Sequence record: NC_047815.1
DNA: 64,000 nucleotides
Reading direction: 5' to 3' (one strand)
The translations under genes and the position numbers were made by a program. Under the pieces are notes generated by a model. It worked only from the letters and a program-made list of their open reading frames with translations. It was not told the origin of the DNA and made no database searches. Positions 18,096-27,617 of this stretch are shown in pieces (within the stretch, counting starts at the first letter, position 1; each line of letters starts with the position of its first letter).

Positions 18096-18139
18096 AGTGT
18101 TAGAGCAATTGTGCTCACGTTCTATATGGAAATCTCACT

Positions 18140-18409
18140 ATGAACAACTATAAACGCGCTTGTACCATTCGTATTTTCCTCTACCTGTTATTGGCTGCCT
18201 TCTGTCTTGGTGCGTGTACCGTGTTCTACTTGCAATATGCAGAACTCAACTTCAAGCTGGTTGCTGTCTCAACGGGTTTGGTTGCTGTCATGGTTTTTGC
18301 AGGTAACGGTATCGGCGAAGAGATTAGCGAATTGATTCGCATGTCTCGCATTCACGCGTTTCGCCGTATCTGCCGAGTGACTCAATCAAGCCGTCACGAC
18401 TTCTCATAA
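18140..18409 (+). CDS. Small two-TM membrane protein
   Basis: Hydrophobic pair of helices. Confidence 0.75.
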   Translation: MNNYKRACTIRIFLYLLLAAFCLGACTVFYLQYAELNFKLVAVSTGLVAVMVFAGNGIGEEISELIRMSRIHAFRRICRVTQSSRHDFS

Positions 18410-18419
18410 GGAATCTATT

Positions 18420-18785
18420 GTGGCCCGTTTGTTTACTGCAAAGCACCGTCAACAATTTATGCGTGAACCTGATGATCTTCACTATCACGGTGAAACATCA
18501 GAACGCATTTACATTGAGGGCATGGCGGTGCTTGCTGACTTGCATTACATTCAGAAGGTTCTCAGCTATCGCAGCAGTACAATGTCTGTAAAGAATAGTC
18601 GTAAACGTTTACGGGAAATTCGTGACAATCTTTATGACCCGCGCAGCACTCGACGTTTAGTTGCTGTGTACAAGGAACTAGAGGGGCGCCTGCGTGCGCT
18701 CAAGCGTCACTACTTGTTTCAACATGAGGCGCTGCATAATCCTAAACAGTTATCAAATATTGGTTGGTGGAAACAATGGCCGTAG
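18420..18785 (+). CDS. Hypothetical protein
   Basis: AAGGA SD, GTG start. Confidence 0.7.
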   Translation: MARLFTAKHRQQFMREPDDLHYHGETSERIYIEGMAVLADLHYIQKVLSYRSSTMSVKNSRKRLREIRDNLYDPRSTRRLVAVYKELEGRLRALKRHYLFQHEALHNPKQLSNIGWWKQWP

Positions 18786-19033
18786 GTTTTGTACGTGATG
18801 ATGGTGTGAACGATACCATCGAAAGCAATATCAACAACGAAATAGATTTTGCGCGTAGCCAACTGATTGGAGTTGGCACAACGCATTGTGTTGAGTGTGG
18901 TCAAGCTATTCCACTCGCTCGACGTAAAGCAATGCCGAGCGCCAAGTATTGTATTGATTGCCAGTCGGGTCACGATGGTTCGGGTTACGTTTACTACAAT
19001 CGTCGTGGAAGCAAGGACAGCCAGTTGAGGTGA
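18776..19033 (+). CDS. ybiI: DksA/TraR-family C4 zinc-finger protein
   Basis: CVECGQAIPLARRKAMPSAKYCIDCQ; C-terminus YNRRGSKDSQLR as recalled for E. coli YbiI. Confidence 0.85.
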   Translation: MAVGFVRDDGVNDTIESNINNEIDFARSQLIGVGTTHCVECGQAIPLARRKAMPSAKYCIDCQSGHDGSGYVYYNRRGSKDSQLR

Positions 19034-19037
19034 CGTT

Positions 19038-19412
19038 GTGCCGAAGAGAACAGAAGAAGATGCAGCTTTTAGGCTGCACTGTTTTAAATTCCGAGAGTAC
19101 CTAGAAAGCGTACCTGATCGTGTGTTGCTTGAGATACGTGCCTTGCCTATAGCGCAGATGTGCAAAACTCGTAACGCCGATGATGTACGCGCCGTGCTGA
19201 AAGGTCTGACGCAGGCCGGCATGTTGTTCCTTATAAACAGCAGCGTCAATCATCGTTACTGCACGACATTCGATTTATCCGAAGTCGTGTATTCAGAGCA
19301 GGAGCTTGCTCAACACAGCTTGCTCCGTTCATTCATTGAAAATGCGGAATCATTGTATGACTGTGAAAAAGAAGTGGCCGACGAAACAATTCCGCCACGC
19401 CTGCGGGCATGA
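19038..19412 (+). CDS. Hypothetical protein
   Basis: GAGGTG SD. Confidence 0.7.
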   Translation: MPKRTEEDAAFRLHCFKFREYLESVPDRVLLEIRALPIAQMCKTRNADDVRAVLKGLTQAGMLFLINSSVNHRYCTTFDLSEVVYSEQELAQHSLLRSFIENAESLYDCEKEVADETIPPRLRA

Positions 19413-19528
19413 TGTAGCAGTTGATGCAGTTTTTACTATCCGTGGCTATGCGCTGATTGCGTTTGTCATTTTCTTATTTTTGCAGGCATTCAATCAGCTT
19501 GCCAACTTTGTAGAGTGGTTATTTCCAA

Positions 19529-20017
19529 ATGTCTAACAGAGCTATCAATCCTATGTTTAAACCCGCTGGCGTACCACTAAGTCCTCAAGAGTTTCGTGAT
19601 CACGTTGAAGAACAGCGTGAGCTACGCAGCAATTGGCTGGACAAGAAAGTTAACGAGGTTAACAAAATCCTTGTTGAGCTTGCGGGCAACAAACCTCAGA
19701 CCTGTCTTCTGAATCGAAATCCGATTGACCCAGATTACATTGCGTATGTTAAAGATCGTGTGCGCAACGAAGGTCACTTCGATGTTCCTGCTGACGCTAT
19801 TGCCATTTACCTCGATCTCGGCAGCACAGGCATTGTTGTTGACCCTGACCTGTTGCCTGAGTTCGCGCAGCGATTTATTGATGTTGGTTGGGGATCGAAG
19901 ACAACAGCGCATATCAGAGCATGTCACGACTATGATGTATGGTTGTTCCTTGATCCAGTTGAGGACGAAGATGACGACTTCGACGAAGAGGACGAGGAAG
20001 AGGAAGAACACGAATGA
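19529..20017 (+). CDS. Hypothetical protein, acidic tail
   Basis: ORF track. Confidence 0.75.
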   Translation: MSNRAINPMFKPAGVPLSPQEFRDHVEEQRELRSNWLDKKVNEVNKILVELAGNKPQTCLLNRNPIDPDYIAYVKDRVRNEGHFDVPADAIAIYLDLGSTGIVVDPDLLPEFAQRFIDVGWGSKTTAHIRACHDYDVWLFLDPVEDEDDDFDEEDEEEEEHE

Positions 20018-20397
20018 TTCAGGAAACTCCAGAAACAACCAAGCTGATTGCATTGATTGCAAGTCTGATTACTGAACCCTACTACGAGCTTGCCTTACGC
20101 TTATCCGAAACTGGATTCAACGATGAGCAGGTAGCTCGTTGTCTTAACTTAACTACAGAAGGAGTTGCTGCACTTGCAACAGGCAATCGTCCTTATCCTC
20201 GTGTGCTTCGTTTCCGTTCTTCCTCTGATTCCGTACAGACGGCACAAGTCGGCGATCAGTCGAATGATCGACTTCGTGAAATCGAGCAAGAACTTGCAGC
20301 AAGAGAATCTCGTTCTTCGGGAACGCCTGTTGAAAGCCGCGATCAACAAGGAGCGTCGCCAGCTTCAAGCGAGGATGCCACAGACAAAGGTGACTGA
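20014..20397 (+). CDS. Possible HTH protein
   Basis: LSETGFNDEQVARCLNLTTEGVAAL. Confidence 0.5.
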   Translation: MIQETPETTKLIALIASLITEPYYELALRLSETGFNDEQVARCLNLTTEGVAALATGNRPYPRVLRFRSSSDSVQTAQVGDQSNDRLREIEQELAARESRSSGTPVESRDQQGASPASSEDATDKGD

Positions 20398-20491
20398 TTC
20401 TAATTACCGAGAGCTTATTGCTCGGAAGCGTCAATCACCTAGACCTGCAAGCTCCTCCCCACAAACCGCTAGTGATGTAATGGAGAAATGT

Positions 20492-20806
20492 ATGGCAGTG
20501 CCACTCAGCGTTATACATGACTTTGTAAAGGTCAAACGCTTTGCCGTGTGGCTGCACAGTGAATTGTCTATCGGTCGTTTGATGCTACAAGACACAGACA
20601 ACGATGGTCCTGCTGTGATGTTGCAGCTACGTCTCGCTATCTCTAGTCCACGTCCACATGAAGTCGCGGACATTCTACACAATCACGTTTGGCCTCACAC
20701 AGTTGAAGCACTTGAGCCTCGCGTGTTATCCATTTGCAGTCGTAGCAGTACAGTTGCTTGCTTTTTCGAAGACCCCGAAGACGAACTGCATATCGATCTA
20801 CTTTAA
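20492..20806 (+). CDS. Hypothetical protein
   Basis: GGAG SD before ATG 20492. Confidence 0.65.
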   Translation: MAVPLSVIHDFVKVKRFAVWLHSELSIGRLMLQDTDNDGPAVMLQLRLAISSPRPHEVADILHNHVWPHTVEALEPRVLSICSRSSTVACFFEDPEDELHIDLL

Positions 20807-20817
20807 AGGTACTTATC

Positions 20818-21690
20818 ATGAAACAAGTTGCACAATTCCAAGGTCACGAAGTAACTGCCGACGGCGTTCTTGTAGAAGTCGTTCGCGCATTTGGTCAGTC
20901 TGCCGAACTGCTTGCTGTGTTTGATGAAGACCAGTTACGTGAAGTTCTTGGGCTTTTCGGCACAGCGCCAAGCAATGTGCGTGACTGCAATCGCCTTGAA
21001 CTGTTGTATCTGTTGAGTAACAGAGTACGCGATTCCGATGATGCATTGCGCGTCGCTGCTTACGTCACACATAAGTTTGGTGCATCGGAAGACGATGACG
21101 TCCTGCTGCCTTTGTGTGAAGGTCTGATTGACCATACCTCTTATCTCAATGATGAAGATGCCGATGACGAAGACGAAGATGATGATGACTTCGATCATGT
21201 TGCCGACGACGAAGAAGACCAAACTAACTGCGATAGCTGCGGTGATGAGTTTGATGCTGTTGGTCGTTGTAGTTGTGCGACTAGCTATGACTTTGACGAA
21301 GATGAGGAACACGCCGTGATTAAACCTAAAGATGGCTCACAAGTGTTGGAAGTCAACTATGTTAATGCTATCGGTACTATGCGCGATGACGTTGTGCTTG
21401 CGCTAGTTCCGTTTATTGTTGACAGTCAAGGCGGGGATGTGTCTGTGCTTACCGCTCAAGAAGTTCGCCTGTGGTTGCAGCAAGCCAAGTCTGTGCAGCT
21501 TCGCACCGTGCTGCGTTATGTTCGTGATGCCGAAGGTCAGGCGTCAGATGCATGGACTGAGCAGAATCCAAACCTGTTCAGTGAGCGTCATGCTATCCTG
21601 CTTACTATTCTCAGCATTCTGCATCCACAAGATCCACCTTCAGATGATGACGATCAAGCGGACGATGAGAACTATGCGCTTGCACCGTAA
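20818..21690 (+). CDS. Acidic hypothetical protein with CDSC..CSC motif
   Basis: AAGGT SD. Confidence 0.8.
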   Translation: MKQVAQFQGHEVTADGVLVEVVRAFGQSAELLAVFDEDQLREVLGLFGTAPSNVRDCNRLELLYLLSNRVRDSDDALRVAAYVTHKFGASEDDDVLLPLCEGLIDHTSYLNDEDADDEDEDDDDFDHVADDEEDQTNCDSCGDEFDAVGRCSCATSYDFDEDEEHAVIKPKDGSQVLEVNYVNAIGTMRDDVVLALVPFIVDSQGGDVSVLTAQEVRLWLQQAKSVQLRTVLRYVRDAEGQASDAWTEQNPNLFSERHAILLTILSILHPQDPPSDDDDQADDENYALAP

Positions 21691-21706
21691 CGTTGAATTC
21701 CCGAAC

Positions 21707-22033
21707 ATGACCGACAAGGAAGTCGAGTCATTCTTGCTTGCTCCTGACCAGTGTAACTTTGTTAAGGTAAGAAAGCTGGAAGATGGTGAATGGATTGGCA
21801 TCTATCGATTAGCCTATACTTGGTCAGTGTGCTGCGGTATCGGTGAAGTCACTAGCTTCAAATATCGCTGGTGCTTTGAGAACAGAGAAGAAGCCGAGTA
21901 CATGTTTGCCAACTGTGTAGACTTCGATGATGAGCCGGATGTTGATCATCGACACACTCTTGTTGGTCATCGTTATGGTTCACGCGGCCCTCGTCTCGTT
22001 ATGCTCGATCAACATGGATTCCCAAGATGGTAA
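21707..22033 (+). CDS. Hypothetical protein
   Basis: Alternative start 21674. Confidence 0.7.
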   Translation: MTDKEVESFLLAPDQCNFVKVRKLEDGEWIGIYRLAYTWSVCCGIGEVTSFKYRWCFENREEAEYMFANCVDFDDEPDVDHRHTLVGHRYGSRGPRLVMLDQHGFPRW

Positions 22034-22341
22034 AGAATATTCTCGCACGACTTTATGAACATGTTGCCAGCGGTAAATCAAACGCTGTAAGTACCATTAC
22101 CGATATCCTTGAATATCAGGGCGGCGTTGAAGATATTGAACAAAACCCACAACCGTTCCTTGATTACCTGCACGACAAGTTTGATATTCTCGATTGGTTT
22201 GAAACGCGTATCATTCTGGAAGATATGTTGTGTGTAACGTTTCCTCGTTTGTTTGATGAACACCTCGAGCGCGCAACAACTGTTGAGCAGTTTGAACAGA
22301 CATTGCTGCCTTATATGGAGGTCGAGGATGATAGTGCCTAA
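22027..22341 (+). CDS. Acyl-carrier-protein-like protein lacking the Ppant serine
   Basis: DILDWFETRIILEDML...DEHLERATTV aligns to ACP [16 protein letters not shown]...DEEAEKITTV. Confidence 0.6.
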   Translation: MVKNILARLYEHVASGKSNAVSTITDILEYQGGVEDIEQNPQPFLDYLHDKFDILDWFETRIILEDMLCVTFPRLFDEHLERATTVEQFEQTLLPYMEVEDDSA

Positions 22342-22786
22342 CATCGAAGATCATACTGGCATCGACAATGCCGTGATACTTGTTGATTCTGAAATCGATG
22401 AGGGCAAGCGAGCTATTGAGTCTTGCTTACTTGCCTTTGGCCTGAAAGCCTCAGACATTTTCTATTCACCAGTTTACTTTGACGAGCACGGTGAATCGCA
22501 AGGAGGATGGGGCGCAGAGCTGACAGATAGTTCGAAAGGACGTCTCAAAATCTGTGATGATAAATCAATTCGTGACGTCTGCATGATTAGCGGTGATGAC
22601 CTGCCTAGCATACTCGATACAATCCGCGATACTGGTAATCGTATGCGGCGTCGTGCTCTCGGTACAGTAAAGACCCTGAGCAAGCGTCGTGTGTATCTTG
22701 AATTGACCTCAGACGAATACGCCTCTCTGCAAGCTAAAGCAGGTGGACAATCTATCAGTGATTATATTAAGAGAAAACTTCTATGA
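22328..22786 (+). CDS. Hypothetical protein with C-terminal RHH-like domain
   Basis: VYLELTSDEYASLQAKAGGQSISDYIKRKL; GAGG SD. Confidence 0.65.
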   Translation: MIVPNIEDHTGIDNAVILVDSEIDEGKRAIESCLLAFGLKASDIFYSPVYFDEHGESQGGWGAELTDSSKGRLKICDDKSIRDVCMISGDDLPSILDTIRDTGNRMRRRALGTVKTLSKRRVYLELTSDEYASLQAKAGGQSISDYIKRKLL

Positions 22787-23025
22787 GCGAGTTCAATCCT
22801 ATTGCCTTACGTCCGTTGATCAAAAAGTTTCAGCACGGCACAGAGGCACTGACCAACAATGAAGTGCGCCAGTTACGTGAATACTATCGCGTGGCAAGTG
22901 ACGTAGCAAAAGCTGATCCTGCTCTGGAGGGCATCAGTGCCTACGTCAACCTCAGCTATCAGCAACTGGATCGCTTCTTTGAGGCGCGTAAGCTGAAAGA
23001 GCCTGAAACTGACAGTGCTTCATGA
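22783..23025 (+). CDS. Hypothetical protein
   Basis: Coupled start. Confidence 0.7.
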   Translation: MSEFNPIALRPLIKKFQHGTEALTNNEVRQLREYYRVASDVAKADPALEGISAYVNLSYQQLDRFFEARKLKEPETDSAS

Positions 23026-23121
23026 TCTAACTCAAACCCCTACGTATCAACCCTAATCTGTAAATACTGTTTGGGAGATCTGATAAAGATTTCCCGTCGT
23101 GCATTCTAAGGAGAAAAAGTA

Positions 23122-23547
23122 ATGCCTCGACCTATGTCTAGTCCGTATCGCACTATGGAAATAACTCTTCCGAACCTTGCCGCTTTCTTCGAAGATCTCA
23201 AGCAAGACTCGGACGCTGTTAAGATTGTAGAACAAATGCAATGGGCAGTGCATGATCCAGACGTTCGCATCTATGCTGCTTACTACGACAACAGACCAGT
23301 TGCTGTTATTGGTATTCTGCAAGATGTGTATCTGCGTTTCATTGTGGTACGTGAACCACATCGACGCAAGGGCGTAGGTCGTTCGCTTGTTGAGAAGTAC
23401 GCTCAACATGTGAAAGGTATAACTGTAGATAAAAGTGATACAGGTTGTCAAATGTTCTTCCGCAAAGTTGGTTGGGTCGATTACGAAGCAATGCAGCTTG
23501 ACCAGCTTGACCAGCTTGCAATGATTCGCGGTGATTTTTTAGCATAA
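23122..23547 (+). CDS. GNAT-family acetyltransferase
   Basis: LRFIVVREPHRRKGVGRSLV; TAAGGAG SD. Confidence 0.75.
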   Translation: MPRPMSSPYRTMEITLPNLAAFFEDLKQDSDAVKIVEQMQWAVHDPDVRIYAAYYDNRPVAVIGILQDVYLRFIVVREPHRRKGVGRSLVEKYAQHVKGITVDKSDTGCQMFFRKVGWVDYEAMQLDQLDQLAMIRGDFLA

Positions 23548-23554
23548 GGTTTTT

Positions 23555-24538
23555 ATGAAACTCGGATTCGCCTGTAAACTTATTGACGAGAACGGCAAGC
23601 AACCATTCGCTAGTCGCAGCGTCAACTTTTCTCAATTGTCTAAGCTGTCTGAAACAGATCAGATTGCAAAGCTGATAGAGATTGCACAGCACAATGTTCA
23701 GGCCCTGTATGATATGATTGTTCATGTTGGTCGCTTGCGTCCTGATATGCGTATGTTCCGCATCACCAGTGGCTTGCTGCCGTTGTTTACTCATGAGCAC
23801 GTCCATCATCTGTATGTTGAGTACGTGAATGATCTGATTGCGCCTCAGCTTGCAGCGTGTGGTCGTGCCGCTCGTAGTCGTGACGTTCGTATCAGCTTTC
23901 ACCCAGGTCAGTTTACCGTGCTTGCCTCTCATCGTCCTGACGTGATTGAGAACAGCATCGAGGAACTTGAGTACCACACCTGGTGTGCAGTTCAGATGGG
24001 TTATGGTCGCAAGTTCCAAGACTTCAAGATCAATATTCATCTGTCAGGTAAACTTGGCGCATTCGAGTTTCGTCGTAGCTTCGGTCGTCTCAGCCGTGAG
24101 TGTCGTCGTATGCTCACAGTTGAAAACGACGAAGTGTCCTCAAGCATTGAAGAATGTTTGACGCTTGCGGACATCTGTCCTGTTGTTCTCGACATTCACC
24201 ATCATTGGGTTATGACCAACGAGTACATATCTAGTGGTGACAGTCGCGTTCAGCAGGTTATCGACTCTTGGCGCGGCGTTAGGCCGACGATGCATTTCAG
24301 TGTATCACGCCCAGAGTTTGTTCCTTCAGACACACTGCCAGACCAGAACAAGTTGAGCGTCAACAAGGTCAAGCTACGTGCTCACAGTGACTACTACCAC
24401 AACGAGGTAGTTAATGCATGGGCACTGTCATTTGACCAGTTCGATATTATGTGCGAGTCGAAAGCTAAGAATCTAGCGCGAACAGCGTTGCTTTTAAGGC
24501 AGCCGTACTCTGCAAATCATTGGTCAAAAAACAGCTAG
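23555..24538 (+). CDS. uvsE: UV damage endonuclease (UvsE/UvdE)
   Basis: LGFAC, MFRITS, RISFHPGQF, LTVENDE, VLDIHHH, AHSDY, DIMCESKAK. Confidence 0.92.
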   Translation: MKLGFACKLIDENGKQPFASRSVNFSQLSKLSETDQIAKLIEIAQHNVQALYDMIVHVGRLRPDMRMFRITSGLLPLFTHEHVHHLYVEYVNDLIAPQLAACGRAARSRDVRISFHPGQFTVLASHRPDVIENSIEELEYHTWCAVQMGYGRKFQDFKINIHLSGKLGAFEFRRSFGRLSRECRRMLTVENDEVSSSIEECLTLADICPVVLDIHHHWVMTNEYISSGDSRVQQVIDSWRGVRPTMHFSVSRPEFVPSDTLPDQNKLSVNKVKLRAHSDYYHNEVVNAWALSFDQFDIMCESKAKNLARTALLLRQPYSANHWSKNS

Positions 24539-24564
24539 ATCTTGAGGTCGTAATACGATATACT
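24513..24564 (+). promoter_or_regulatory. GGTCAAAA-class promoter overlapping the uvsE end
   Basis: GGTCAAAA 24522; TATACT 24559. Confidence 0.8.
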
Positions 24565-24616
24565 GTCTGTGCAGATGCTGTCTGTTTATTCTGTTAAACA
24601 AGCATAGAGGTATATC

Positions 24617-24907
24617 ATGTTCACTGCTCCGAGAGCTAACGCAACGAATAATATTGACCCGTCTGAGGTCAAGTTGCGTGTTGTGCCACCGTCACGCCGA
24701 CTCTACCGTCTCGGCTTGTACACGTTGGAACTGCCTCAGTCAGTAAAGCGTGCTGCACGTAGTTTAGGTATTGTCATGAGCATGGATGATTTTCGTGAAA
24801 CCTTTACAGGCGAACGTAACCACATCCTAACGCTTATTCAAAAACACTTAGCGCCTAACGACCCTGCCAAGCAGCGTGAGTTAGTGCGCCAAATGATCGA
24901 GGCGTAA
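24617..24907 (+). CDS. Hypothetical protein
   Basis: GAGGT SD. Confidence 0.8.
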   Translation: MFTAPRANATNNIDPSEVKLRVVPPSRRLYRLGLYTLELPQSVKRAARSLGIVMSMDDFRETFTGERNHILTLIQKHLAPNDPAKQRELVRQMIEA

Positions 24908-24910
24908 CGT

Positions 24911-25111
24911 ATGAAGGTTCCCCCAATTGAGGCCACCAGCTTTTTTCTTGAACCACCGAGAGAAACTGAGTGTCGCCAAAAACACCAGGCCCAGGGGCCA
25001 AAAGAAACTGTAGCTGATTCCGCCAGTGATGTTGCAGGCAGTATCGTAACATTGTCGGCAGAACGGACTTCGGTTATATACACAAGTGACGGCACGTTAG
25101 TTCGATACTAA
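24911..25111 (+). CDS. Small hypothetical protein
   Basis: GAGG SD. Confidence 0.6.
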   Translation: MKVPPIEATSFFLEPPRETECRQKHQAQGPKETVADSASDVAGSIVTLSAERTSVIYTSDGTLVRY

Positions 25112-25182
25112 CCTCTGCCGTCTTAAATGGAATTTGAACTACCACTAATAACATTAACTAACATTGTGGAAGGAATATTGAA

Positions 25183-25560
25183 ATGGTTGTCATCTGTAAC
25201 AGCGAACGAGATTTTAGTTTAAGCCGTCTTTTCCAGGGCGATGCTTTTGTCTTTGGTAAAAGTCACATGCTGGTTCGCGCAGACTATATTGCGCTTACTG
25301 ATAAAACTGGTTTGTTTTATATCGTCCGTCAGCAAGATATTGTGTGGCCAACAGTCATGACTGGTGCTACGCATGTTGTAAACATTTTGGCATTTGCCTC
25401 GGTTAGACAGTTAGAAGTAGCAGCGGCCTGTCCTCGTTTTGACGCTCGACGCACGGGTACTCTTGCTTTTCGTAACCTTAGCTTCGAACTCAGACTTGGT
25501 ACTTTACCTTTTGTCCGAACAATGTACGGAGAACAGAATGTCCAACTATCTTGTGCATAA
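25183..25560 (+). CDS. Hypothetical protein
   Basis: AAGGA SD. Confidence 0.7.
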   Translation: MVVICNSERDFSLSRLFQGDAFVFGKSHMLVRADYIALTDKTGLFYIVRQQDIVWPTVMTGATHVVNILAFASVRQLEVAAACPRFDARRTGTLAFRNLSFELRLGTLPFVRTMYGEQNVQLSCA

Positions 25561-25774
25561 CGCACTTGTGCCATTTAAAGGGGATGCTTACAAAGGTCCT
25601 CTGTTACAAGAACTAGGCTACGGTGATAATGCCGTAGCTGATTTCCCCAGCATCAACGAAGCCGTAGAGTGCGCGGACAACTTACATGCTGTGAATGACA
25701 GCGGCTGGTTAGTTGTCCATTCATTTAATGAACGCGTGCTTTACGATAGCCGAGCGAAACAACGCGTCGGTTAA
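25538..25774 (+). CDS. Hypothetical protein
   Basis: GGAG SD. Confidence 0.7.
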   Translation: MSNYLVHNALVPFKGDAYKGPLLQELGYGDNAVADFPSINEAVECADNLHAVNDSGWLVVHSFNERVLYDSRAKQRVG

Positions 25775-25841
25775 ACTTGTTTCTACTATTAATTGCTGCC
25801 GAGCTTGCGGGCTAGGCGTCTCCTCCACAAAGGAAAAACCA

Positions 25842-26351
25842 ATGACTATCAATGCAATCGTTACCGCTGCCTGTTTATCTCTGTTTGCCGCTTCTATTCA
25901 CGCAAACACCTCTGTTTCCAAACTGACTGACCTTAGCAACGAGATTGCTGCCGAGAACCTGAGTCTTCCTATCAACGTTGCGATGGACACGGACTGCAAG
26001 CAAAGCCTGCACAAGTTTCCAAAGCTGCGTGAATCAAACATCATGTTTGCCGTCAACAAGGACACTGTTGAGAGTTATCCAGCATGGCCTCTTATTTGCA
26101 GCTATGTAGCTGTCAGCGATGAGGTAGACGTGCGCGATTTAGGTAAAGGTGATCGTGAGATTGTTTTTAAACGTAAAACAGAACAGCAACCGTTCCTGAC
26201 GATTGTGTTGCAGCAAATCACGGACGATGAGCAAGATGGTTACGACTATCAGCTTACAACAATGAACAACCAGTATGCGATGAAGTATGAACATCAAAAA
26301 CTGGTAATGAATCTTATGCTGAAAAACTACCATCACGTTGTTGGTCTTTAA
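25842..26351 (+). CDS. Exported hypothetical protein
   Basis: AAGGA SD; signal peptide MTINAIVTAACLSLFAASIHA. Confidence 0.75.
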   Translation: MTINAIVTAACLSLFAASIHANTSVSKLTDLSNEIAAENLSLPINVAMDTDCKQSLHKFPKLRESNIMFAVNKDTVESYPAWPLICSYVAVSDEVDVRDLGKGDREIVFKRKTEQQPFLTIVLQQITDDEQDGYDYQLTTMNNQYAMKYEHQKLVMNLMLKNYHHVVGL

Positions 26352-26362
26352 GGAGACGCCTC

Positions 26363-27271
26363 ATGTACAATCTCAATCTTGTAGCAATCAATGCAGCCTT
26401 CGCTGAACGTGCGCGTCTTGAGCGTCATATTCTAAGCACTGCCAGCTTTCTCAAAGCGCGTGGTACAGTAGCTACTACAATCTCTTGGTCTTACTGCGTC
26501 AATCATCTTGAGCAACCGCTGCCTGCCGAAGAAGTGCTTATTCGTCTGCGTAAACATGTTGGCGCAAGCACTCAACCTAAAACAACTACGCCTCGTGTGT
26601 TCTTGCATGAGATACGCGACTGCGAATCAATTGGCCATCGTACTTTGCATGAACGTTTTCTGCGTAGCTTGCTGGTAAACTCCTTGCGTCGTATGACTCC
26701 TTCAAACGATTATGTTGGTTTGATTGTTGACATGGAACTAGACATAGTTTGGTTTGCTAACTGTGTGCCTAACGGTGATGCGCATGAAATTCAAATCAAA
26801 GCAATCGCGTGTCCTCACGTTGAACCTGATTGGCGTCTTGATGATTTTGTACGCCGCGAGGTTCATCTGTACGAACACGACATGTATGGCGATCACGGTC
26901 GCATGAGTCTGAGTCAGTTTTTGGACTTCAATGAGCTTAACGACCTTACATACAATGAACTGCGTGAATACGCTTATCGTAAAGGCATCTATGCCAGCCT
27001 TGATGAGTGGCTCACGCTTGAACAGGATGACCTGTATCTGCGACTGTATGACCAGACTGTGCAGTATAAACCTCGTTTGCTTATGTCGCAAGCCGATCGT
27101 TTGGAACTACTGCGCCATCGTGTCGCTTTGCACCAAGTTGAACCTGCCGAGGCATTCTACTGGATGCAGATACTCGGTATCCCTTATGCGGAAGCGTTGT
27201 CTAACAGCAAACTTTCCATGTACAACAGTCTGTTAGTTTCAGACCTCAATCAAGTGCTAGACGATGAGTAA
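26363..27271 (+). CDS. Hypothetical protein with HeH/Rho-N-like module
   Basis: LNDLTYNELREYAYRKGI; AAGGAG SD. Confidence 0.75.
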   Translation: MYNLNLVAINAAFAERARLERHILSTASFLKARGTVATTISWSYCVNHLEQPLPAEEVLIRLRKHVGASTQPKTTTPRVFLHEIRDCESIGHRTLHERFLRSLLVNSLRRMTPSNDYVGLIVDMELDIVWFANCVPNGDAHEIQIKAIACPHVEPDWRLDDFVRREVHLYEHDMYGDHGRMSLSQFLDFNELNDLTYNELREYAYRKGIYASLDEWLTLEQDDLYLRLYDQTVQYKPRLLMSQADRLELLRHRVALHQVEPAEAFYWMQILGIPYAEALSNSKLSMYNSLLVSDLNQVLDDE

Positions 27272-27617
27272 GCTACCACCAGCTAGAACATTACAGCGGT
27301 CTGTAGGTCAAAAGAAGGCCGCTAATAAAACCAAAGTCGTATACGTTGAAGATCTGCGTGACTTTGATGCTATGATTACCACGCTGCGTCTCGCACTGGT
27401 TAACGAACCAAAGATGAGCAACAAACGTTTTGCTCAAATCGTTAAGCAGATGATCAACGGTGGTCAGTACGGAACAAGTAAGGAAGTTCTTGAGACATTG
27501 GGCATTCTGTATCTTGCTCGCAACCCACTCAAGTATTTCCATTCCCTTAACGAGATAGCGTTACGCGAAGATGCTAACGCCAAGGAAGTGGTGATAGAAA
27601 ATGATGACGAAGAATAA
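27264..27617 (+). CDS. Hypothetical protein
   Basis: Overlapping start. Confidence 0.7.
   Translation: MSKLPPARTLQRSVGQKKAANKTKVVYVEDLRDFDAMITTLRLALVNEPKMSNKRFAQIVKQMINGGQYGTSKEVLETLGILYLARNPLKYFHSLNEIALREDANAKEVVIENDDEE

Noticed and set aside
20165-20491. 213-aa ORF starting at 20165
   Set aside because: Overlaps 20014..20397 out of frame; a good SD supports ATG 20492.
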